A DNA stretch of 64,000 bases from Eledone cirrhosa. Its lineage: Eukaryota. How positions within the stretch are numbered: position 1 is the first letter of the stretch; every line of letters begins with the position of its first letter. The notes under the pieces were generated by a model, which saw only the letters and a list, made by a program, of their open reading frames with translations, did no database searches and was not told where the DNA came from. The stretch is from assembly GCA_964016885.1 (NCBI GenBank), contig OZ024742.1:19158001-19222000 (forward strand), read 5' to 3'. Positions 56,194 through 64,000 of this stretch are shown here, piece after piece. Made by a program: the position numbers and the translations under genes.

Positions 56194-57939
56194 GTGAACA
56201 AATTATGCTTTATATAAATTTTATCTTCTAAGCGCTTTGTAAGAGTATGAGAAATCGGCTACATATACACGATGTAGAAAATATTGTTCAAACTTTCCAT
56301 AGCTGGTGAAACGAATGAAATTATCTACATCTCCGATACCCGATGCGACTCTGTTCAAGGTTCCCGGGAGCCAGGTGAAGTTGTTAAAATAGATGATGGA
56401 TTATTAAGTCTATCTTTAACTGAATATCGAAATAGCATCACGATGAAGATTTAATAGGAACATACTGCAGGGTCTATTAACTCCATCATATAGATGTGCA
56501 ATATTTCACTGATACTGTTTACATAATCAATGGCATGAAAAGATATTTCAATACATTGCTATTGATATAACTTCGTTTCATGCAAGTTTTAAGTAATCAT
56601 TATCTAGCCTAGTTCTCAAGGAAACCAGTTTTCTAACATGACAGTTGCAGTATTTAAATACCATAGTTAGGCGTGGCATTATCTAATGAACAGTTTCTAT
56701 CTCTTATCTGGCCATAGTGACTCACTGTATTTAAATATCTCCTATCTGTTCATTGTGACACGCTCGTTATATATTGTTCATTCTATACCAACAAATGAGC
56801 ACCAGGTCATGGTTGATAGGAAACATTCTGGTGTCACGACGTAACCTCATTATATGCAGGTATAAAGCTGTCCATGGCTCCCACAAGCAAATTGAGAACA
56901 ATTAAAATAAGAAAGGGATGATAAAAATGTCAATACTACAATAGAATGCTGGTTTAAATTATTTGAAGTATTTAGGTTTAGTTCTGTTTGCAAGTTATCT
57001 GGTCGTGAAAACAAACACTCCGTTTGTACGTGGTCAATAAAGCAAACACTATCAATGCACCTGTTGACGAAGGTAGCAAAAGATGAAACATATCCGTGGT
57101 TTTTACGTGCTGTTTTACGTGCTGGAAATCTGCACCTATAATATATTGACTGATATAATTGAAGAAATAATATTTCGTGTATGGGTACCAAATCCAAGAT
57201 TGCAATGCAAATTAGAAAGCTTCCGAAAGGTCCCCAACATTTATACATTTGAAAACAACATACACAGTCATAAAGTGCAGTACCTCCTTCAATTGCTCCA
57301 AATCCAACAGGTCCCAATTATATAACTTTCATTGCAGTTAACTAGAGTGTTTGAACACTTTTCATCTCTTCAGGGGCTAAATACCTTTTCGTTACCAAAT
57401 TCTCTGTTCCAAACTCTTGGTTCTACGATACAAAACTCCTTAATTTAAAGTGTTTTTAATTATCTAAAAATGCATAATTATATGTAAGAACATTATATTA
57501 TGTTCCGAACATTTTGATAACGAGAAAATTAATTAAATTACTAATAACATTAAATATTCCCAAGCCCGTGAACATTTTCGAAATTATTTGAAATTCATAG
57601 GCAGTGTCTTTCATTAGAAATGTGGTAAAGAGAAAGTTAAGCTATCTCAAAACATAATTTTTCATGTTACCTCCGTAACTATGTGTGTTTACACTCTTTA
57701 CAAATTATCTCCTGTAATTGTTTGATGTGTTTATTCTATATATACATATATGTCAATCGATTTTTAATTTAATATTAATAAATGCTCAGATTTATTCCTT
57801 AGAATCTTGGAGCTTATTCTACAGGTGGTATGGCGCATGTTTCTGATATTCTCAGACATGACATCTTTAATTTAATTTTGGTAGTATATATATATATATA
57901 TATATTGATTAGTCCAAGAGGGAGGCGTAAAAACTGTCC

Positions 57940-57984
<45 letters not shown>

Positions 57985-57990
<6 letters not shown>

Positions 57991-58062
57991 CCATAATGAC
58001 CACGTGCAATTTAAAATACTACTAGTATATAAACTGCACATGAACTTTATGGACACCCTGTA
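57985..58062. mobile_element. small mariner-like MITE remnant
   Basis: CCATAATGACCACGTGCA / TGCACATGAACTTTATGGACACCCTGTA inverted ends in (TA)n. Confidence 0.45.
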
Positions 58063-58064
58063 AG

Positions 58065-58147
<83 letters not shown>

Positions 58148-58538
58148 GCATACACAGGCAGCGAAAATACTTGAGAGCGTGAGAGATTCATAAATAGATA
58201 AAAGTTTATTTCTTAAGATGCAAATGAAAATAAATTTTAATGCAACCATTAGTTTATCTAACGGGGAGATTGTACATAGAAAATTACTCTATTAACACTT
58301 TCAAAATCTTGCAAAAACATAGTTGTAGAAAAATAGACTTCAAAAGAATATTGAAGGCAATTTATATATAAACACACACGCGTGTCTGTGTAGCCATAAC
58401 AGTAACACGGCCTGGTTCAGAATATGGCGTATAGAGACTCATAAAATATAGTTATGTATAATAAGCATGCATTGTTTCTTACTGTGGGTATTTTAGGCTG
58501 TGATAAAAAATAGTATATAATTGTAATCTATCTATCTA

Positions 58539-58596
<58 letters not shown>

Positions 58597-58764
58597 TATG
58601 TGTGTGTGTGCGTGTGTGTATGTAAAAGGTAGACAGAAATAACAAAACAAACGGTGCAGTAAATGGAAGAAATATATGAGTTTCACGCTTAAAATAGCAT
58701 GAACAGTCTGCCTGTCTGTCTGTCTATATATATATATAAGAAATTTGTGTAGTAGAATATGTGC

Positions 58765-58814
<50 letters not shown>

Positions 58815-59335
58815 TCCATAGAAACATTACACAAAAGGGTAAGCGCCTCCCTGTCTTCAACTGTCTTCCGTCTATCTACATATTCCACTTTTTAACTCCC
58901 CCTTTCTTTCCAAACATCTTCTCTAATTCCATCACTGACCTTACTCTCTCCCTCTTCCCCCATCTCTCTCTCCCTCACACACACACACACATCTCTAGAT
59001 ATCCACAAGTCTTCTATAGTTCCGTCTCTGTCTCGATATTCACACGTCTTCTATAGGAGTGGCAACTTGAACTGGGAGGGGTCACAGAGAAAGGGTAAAA
59101 CCTGACATTCAATGATGTGCTAAACAATAGTTCAAATAATCAGCTTGTTTATATGTCATAATACAACTCCGGGTCTCCCAAGGACGGGGAGCTGGCGGAA
59201 CGGGGACTACAAATTACTGAAAACATCTGTTTAAAATAATTGGTGATTTGTTATAGAAATATGGAGAAATGCGTAATTGAATAATTAATTATACAATACA
59301 ATACTCTGATAGATAATTGAGATTGTAATTAACCC

Positions 59336-59651
59336 CAGGGTTGGATTTAGACCGGGGGGGGGGTGCTGACTTCAGGTGTGGGGAGGCCTCTCATAGACAA
59401 AAAATTAGAATACACAGCAAACCTCTCAATTTTACGTATCAAAGTTAGCTTGGCGCAAGTAATTGGAATTGAAAAGTTTTACATACAGGTATTAAATTCA
59501 AAAATTCTAACTATCGTAAAACTAAGAAACCCTGCTGAGGGCACAAATAAATTGCTAAGGCCGTTGTTGGTGGGAACCTCACTGCAAGGGGCCCGGAGCA
59601 ATCGCCCCTTTTTGCTCTCCCCCCCTCCCTACATCATTAAATCCGGTCCTG
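59336..59651 (+). mobile_element. hAT-like MITE; relatives at 29608-29895 (-) and 36980-37235 (+)
   Basis: CAGGGTTGGATTTA / TAAATCCGGTCCTG termini. Internal sequence GCAAGTAATTGGAATTGAAAAGTT is shared by the three copies. Confidence 0.65.
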
Positions 59652-59852
59652 ACTAACGGCCAGTAAAATTGACCCCAGGCTATTTTACCGGTCCCAGTAA
59701 AATTGACACCCTGGCTATTTTGCCAGTAAATATTTTTATTATTATGAAAGCCGGTAATGTTAAAAATAACAACACACAGATTTAACACAGAAGTTTCTTT
59801 ATTTTCACCACCAATTGTTAAGACAATGTATAATCTAACCATTATACTATTT

Positions 59853-62800
59853 AATAATAATATAATAATGAAATTATTGTGTAAAGTGCTCAGGTGCACT
59901 ACAACTCGTCAATATAGTACATAGAATAATACACAAATGCCAGGGAAGTACATGTTTGTATGTGTTAGCTGTAGTGTTGGCGGATATCGGGAAGCATGGA
60001 GGCCTTAAAGGATGCAGTGTCTCGACAGCTAACAACTGATGCAGGTAGTTTGTTCCATGCTTCAGCAACTCTGAGCGTGAAAAAATGTTTCCGAAAGTCA
60101 TGGGAACTGTGCTGTTTTCTTACTTTGTGGGCATGTCCACGTGTGTTAGACACATGGAAATCGAAAAGGCACTCAGGGTTGTTGTTGGCAACATGGTTAA
60201 CAATTTTGTGGGTGTTTACCAAGTCAGTTGCCAGGCGTCGGAGCTTCAATGAATCCATGCCCAGGGAAGCAAGGCGCTCAGAGTATGGTAGATGCCTGAT
60301 GGAGGGTATTCGCTTGGTTGCACGTCTCTGAACAGTTTCCAGGCGGTCAATGTCCTGAGCAAGATAGGGGTTCCAGACTGGTGATGCAAATTCTAAGTGT
60401 GGTCGCACCATAGCTGTATACAGCCTTAAATAGATATCTGGAGAGCGGCTGACAAAGGTCTTGCTGAGTGATGCTAAGACACCTTCGGCCCTCTTGACAA
60501 TTTTAGAGACGTGCCTCGTCCAACGCAAATCGCTGCTGACCGTAATGCCCAGGTCACGTTCACAGGAAGACTTCTTGATATTAGTGCTGTGGAGGGAGTA
60601 TGTGGACGCTGGGTTTTTACTCCCAAAATGCATGGTGGTGCACTTGTCCACAGCTAGCTTGAGTTGCCAGTCTGAGATCCACTGTTGCATTGTGTCCAGG
60701 TCAGACTGCAAGCAAGATCTATAGTGTTCAGGATCTGTCCTTTTTATCTCAAGGTACAGCTTGATGTCGTCTGCGTACTTTAGTACTGTGGCATTCCTTA
60801 AGTTGGCATCTATGTCATTAATATATGCCACAAACAAAAGGGGGCCAAGAACAGATCCCTGAGGTACACCAGATGACATCTCATATGGTGAGGAATGCTG
60901 TCCCAGAACCGTGACTACCTCTCTTCGACTGAGAATGAAGGACTTCAACCAGTTAAAAAGATCATCCTTCAGACCCATTGCAGAGAGTTTTGCCATAAGC
61001 CTTTTGTGTGGCACAGAATTAAAGGCCTTCGCAAAGTCAAGATAAACAACATCCACCCATGAGCCGCCATCAGTGATCCGGGTGATGTCCTCAAGAAACT
61101 CTATAAGTTGATCACAGCAGCTGGAGCTGGGGATAAATCCAAATTGCGAGGGCCGGATAAGACTGTGAGAGCTCCAGAAGTTCCAAAGTGTTTCTCTGAC
61201 ACAGGATTCCATCAGTTTGGCGATGCAACTAGTAAGACTGACTGGACGATAGTTCACAGGTGATGTGCGGTCACCCTTTTTGAACAGAGGAATGACACTG
61301 GCAGTTTTCCACTGTTCTGGAGTAGCACTGTTGTTCAGACAGAATTGGAAGAAGCGTGATAACTGGTGTAGAAGGAAGTACCCACCACGTTTAAGAAGCA
61401 GGTACGTAACACCATCAAGACCAGGAGAGGCATGGTTGCGTTTATTTTTTAGGTGACGTCGCAGCATTGCAGGTGTAAATTCCATGGTTGTAATAGAGTC
61501 CGGTGTCATAGGTGGTGGAGATGGTACACTCTGGTCGTCAATGGTGAAAATGCCTGCATAGCATTCAGCAATGAGCTCTGCGCATTCCTTGGGGTCGTCA
61601 GTAACCTGGCTTGTGTGGGGATTGCGAAGAGGACCAACTGGAGAGTGAGGCCTCTGCTTTGAGTGAACATACTTCCAGAACACCTTACTGTCAGGGCTGG
61701 TTGCTATGCGCTGCTCAAATTGAAGCACTGCCTTTTTTGTCACCTGTTTGAGGTGGTTGGACGATCTATTTCGCCTCTTCCTATTAATGTCTGATTTGTG
61801 AAGTTTGTACTCACGTTCAGCATTGCGCCGTTCTTTTCTGGCAAGACGGACTGCTGCAGTCTCCCAAATTGCGCTTTTAGGATGTTTTTTCCACTTACGT
61901 GGCACCGGTGCTGCACATGCTGTCCATATTGAGCTCAGGATGTTCTGGAGTACAGTGTTGACATCTCCAGAGTCATAGAACTCAAGCCAGTTTGGCCGTT
62001 GCAACTCGGTGCAGTAACAGTTCCAGTCTGCTTTATTCCAGTCAAAGTGAGCAGTTTGGAGATGGTTGTGGTTCTTGTTACTGCCCATGATGGATAGATT
62101 GGCAATGATCATAGCATGATCAGAGTCACCTAAAGGTTCCTCAGCAGTAACACTAATGACCGTTTCAGGAGTAGTGGTGAAGAGTAGGTCCAAAGTGTTG
62201 TCACCTCTCGTTGGGGAGGTGACCACCTGGGACCAACTCGAGTCCAGCACCAGCTCAAGGAAGTCATTTGCACTTGGCGGCCAACGAAAGGTCTCCCAGT
62301 CAATCTCAGGGTGATTGAAGTCACCTGCAATGAAAACATAAGTGGCTCTCTTCCTGGCAGCAGCTCTGAGGATATCACAAAGTTGAGTGTCCTGATGGTA
62401 ATTTGGGGGACGGTAAACGACTCCAAGTAGCAGTGTTGACATGGTCATACGTATATCGCAGAAAAAAACTTCCTGCTGTGATTGGTTCAAATCAGCACAA
62501 GGAATTGCCGACAGATTTGACCGAACGTAGACCATTACACCACCACCACGACGATTAATACGGTCTTTACGAAACAGGTTGTAGCCAGTCATGCTGAAAA
62601 CCCCATCACAGAGTAAGGGATGTGCCCAAGTTTCCGTGACTGTAATGAAGTCCGGGTTGATACTTTTGACGTAGGAGTCAAAAAGATGAATCTTATTGCA
62701 TAGACTACGTGCATTCAAGGACAACAGTTTGTACTTTGATTCCAGTCTATGATTATGTGCAGGGGATGGCAGGTTGTTCTGATTTAGTTTCCCAGAGTTT

Positions 62801-64000
62801 TTTTCAGTTTCTTTATTGTCAGTTGTTGTGGGTACAGTGTTTTCAGACCAGCTGGTGTCTCTTTTCCATGATTCGCCACCCTTAACAAACTTCCATATCT
62901 GCCCATCATCTCGTAGGCTGAAGCTTTCATGTTCTGCCGAGCTGCGGTTTAGGGAAGCTGCAGCACGCAACTTTGGGCGGACATCAGGTGGAAGACCAGG
63001 ACGTGTTCGGAAAGCAATCCGACTTTCACGCCTAGCTTTATCAGAGGCTACAAGGTATGAACGTGCCTCAGCCGAGTTTGAAAACGACAGTCTAATTAAC
63101 CTGGGTTTCGGGCCTGGTCGGCCAAGGCGTAGAGCACCCTTTGCGGGAGCACAGCCCAGGTCTTTGGATGAACTGGCAGCAAATGCCTGAAGATCAACTA
63201 TGTCTTCCGGCACACCAATGGCAATCACTTCGTGGTTTGCAGATTCAGTGGCATTCTCAATGCGTCTAGGTTCAACATGAGGTACGCGGAGATTTTTTAA
63301 CAAGGCACTCCGGTAAGATCCCTCATTGTGCGGTTCTACACGAACGCTTGATTTTATTTCCGCTATTTCTTGACTTAAAGCGGAAATCATTTGCCGTATT
63401 TCCACAAACTCCGTATTGACGGTCGGTTTTTGTTGTTGTTCTTCTCCTTCAACAGGCATGGTAGAAGACACAGTCGTCGGTTGTTGTTGTTGAAAAGTAA
63501 CGGGTGAGGAAGACATGGGTTGCTGTTGTTGATGAAGTCCTTCAACGGGGGTAGTAGCAGAAGCTACGGTCGTTGGTTTTTGCTGTTGTTCAGCGACAAT
63601 GGTAGAGGAAGACACGATCCTCGGTTTTTGTTGTTGTTCAGGAACAATGGTAGAAGACACGATCTTCGGTCTTTGTTGTTGTTCCGCAGCAATGGGAGAA
63701 GCAGGCATACAGTCCAGGCACTGAAAGGACCAGTTTGTTAGCTGGACCATCTCCCAGAGTCTATCCATCGTAGCAATGTGATGTTTCTTATTTTGGCCTG
63801 GGATCTTCCGGAAGCCTGTGGCGCATTGAAGGCAGACAGAGATGCGACAGGTTCCACATTCGACCCAACGATTACGGAACGAGTTTTCGGGTTCCGTACA
63901 GATATGGCAGGTGTGATCTTCCGAGCAATGTTCTATTTTTGGACATCGACCAGTTTTGTCGCAAATTTCATCGATGGATATCACCATGGCAATTTTGTTA
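59853..64000 (-). mobile_element. CR1-type LINE running off the window end
   Basis: Uninterrupted 1340-aa ORF and a short 3' UTR ending AATTTCATTATTATATTATT ((ATT)n-like tail). Confidence 0.92.
59965..63987 (-). CDS. single-ORF LINE protein: PHD-like finger, Q-rich repeats, coiled coil/RRM-like ORF1 part, AP endonuclease, reverse transcriptase
   Basis: CHIC..WVECGTC..CLQC..FQCLDC; VIAIGVPE..RLGRPGPKPRLIRLSF; LNARSL, VTETW, YRPP, GDFNHP, SDH; YLDFAKAF, GVPQGSVLGP, YADD; C-terminal TRGH..K..FF..RV...WN.LP typical of CR1. Start context GCCATGG. Confidence 0.92.
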   Translation of the reverse strand: MVISIDEICDKTGRCPKIEHCSEDHTCHICTEPENSFRNRWVECGTCRISVCLQCATGFRKIPGQNKKHHIATMDRLWEMVQLTNWSFQCLDCMPASPIAAEQQQRPKIVSSTIVPEQQQKPRIVSSSTIVAEQQQKPTTVASATTPVEGLHQQQQPMSSSPVTFQQQQPTTVSSTMPVEGEEQQQKPTVNTEFVEIRQMISALSQEIAEIKSSVRVEPHNEGSYRSALLKNLRVPHVEPRRIENATESANHEVIAIGVPEDIVDLQAFAASSSKDLGCAPAKGALRLGRPGPKPRLIRLSFSNSAEARSYLVASDKARRESRIAFRTRPGLPPDVRPKLRAAASLNRSSAEHESFSLRDDGQIWKFVKGGESWKRDTSWSENTVPTTTDNKETEKNSGKLNQNNLPSPAHNHRLESKYKLLSLNARSLCNKIHLFDSYVKSINPDFITVTETWAHPLLCDGVFSMTGYNLFRKDRINRRGGGVMVYVRSNLSAIPCADLNQSQQEVFFCDIRMTMSTLLLGVVYRPPNYHQDTQLCDILRAAARKRATYVFIAGDFNHPEIDWETFRWPPSANDFLELVLDSSWSQVVTSPTRGDNTLDLLFTTTPETVISVTAEEPLGDSDHAMIIANLSIMGSNKNHNHLQTAHFDWNKADWNCYCTELQRPNWLEFYDSGDVNTVLQNILSSIWTACAAPVPRKWKKHPKSAIWETAAVRLARKERRNAEREYKLHKSDINRKRRNRSSNHLKQVTKKAVLQFEQRIATSPDSKVFWKYVHSKQRPHSPVGPLRNPHTSQVTDDPKECAELIAECYAGIFTIDDQSVPSPPPMTPDSITTMEFTPAMLRRHLKNKRNHASPGLDGVTYLLLKRGGYFLLHQLSRFFQFCLNNSATPEQWKTASVIPLFKKGDRTSPVNYRPVSLTSCIAKLMESCVRETLWNFWSSHSLIRPSQFGFIPSSSCCDQLIEFLEDITRITDGGSWVDVVYLDFAKAFNSVPHKRLMAKLSAMGLKDDLFNWLKSFILSRREVVTVLGQHSSPYEMSSGVPQGSVLGPLLFVAYINDIDANLRNATVLKYADDIKLYLEIKRTDPEHYRSCLQSDLDTMQQWISDWQLKLAVDKCTTMHFGSKNPASTYSLHSTNIKKSSCERDLGITVSSDLRWTRHVSKIVKRAEGVLASLSKTFVSRSPDIYLRLYTAMVRPHLEFASPVWNPYLAQDIDRLETVQRRATKRIPSIRHLPYSERLASLGMDSLKLRRLATDLVNTHKIVNHVANNNPECLFDFHVSNTRGHAHKVRKQHSSHDFRKHFFTLRVAEAWNKLPASVVSCRDTASFKASMLPDIRQHYS

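Noticed and set aside
56850-57325. 155-aa, 75-aa and 80-aa overlapping ORFs
   Set aside because: No recognisable motifs or convincing splice sites.

Overview
AT-rich, repeat-dominated animal genomic DNA; the SINE content and long (TA)n arrays suggest an octopod cephalopod (inference). The only host gene supported is the 3' end of a Kelch-like gene most similar to KLHL10: three + strand exons at 3610-3881, 27280-27371 and 41024-41126, separated by ~23 kb and ~14 kb introns. There are two near-complete CR1-group LINEs: one at ~19.9-24.7 kb (+) whose ORF1 carries Myb/SANT-like and CCCH domains, and one at ~59.85-64 kb (-) with a single 1340-aa PHD/ORF1-endonuclease-RT frame. Both have candidate -1 frameshift signals at the ORF1/ORF2 junction. 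Other elements are a truncated LINE, RTE 3' fragments, a Penelope GIY-YIG fragment, two tRNA-derived SINE families, MITEs and minisatellites. The most striking pattern is more than 15 type I hammerhead ribozyme motifs (intact or decayed) from about 10 unrelated short families. Most sit in fold-back (palindromic) insertions embedded in (TA)n, consistent with Penelope-like/retrozyme retroelements, and many lie inside the KLHL10-like introns. All calls were made by eye, and element boundaries are approximate unless a motif is quoted.
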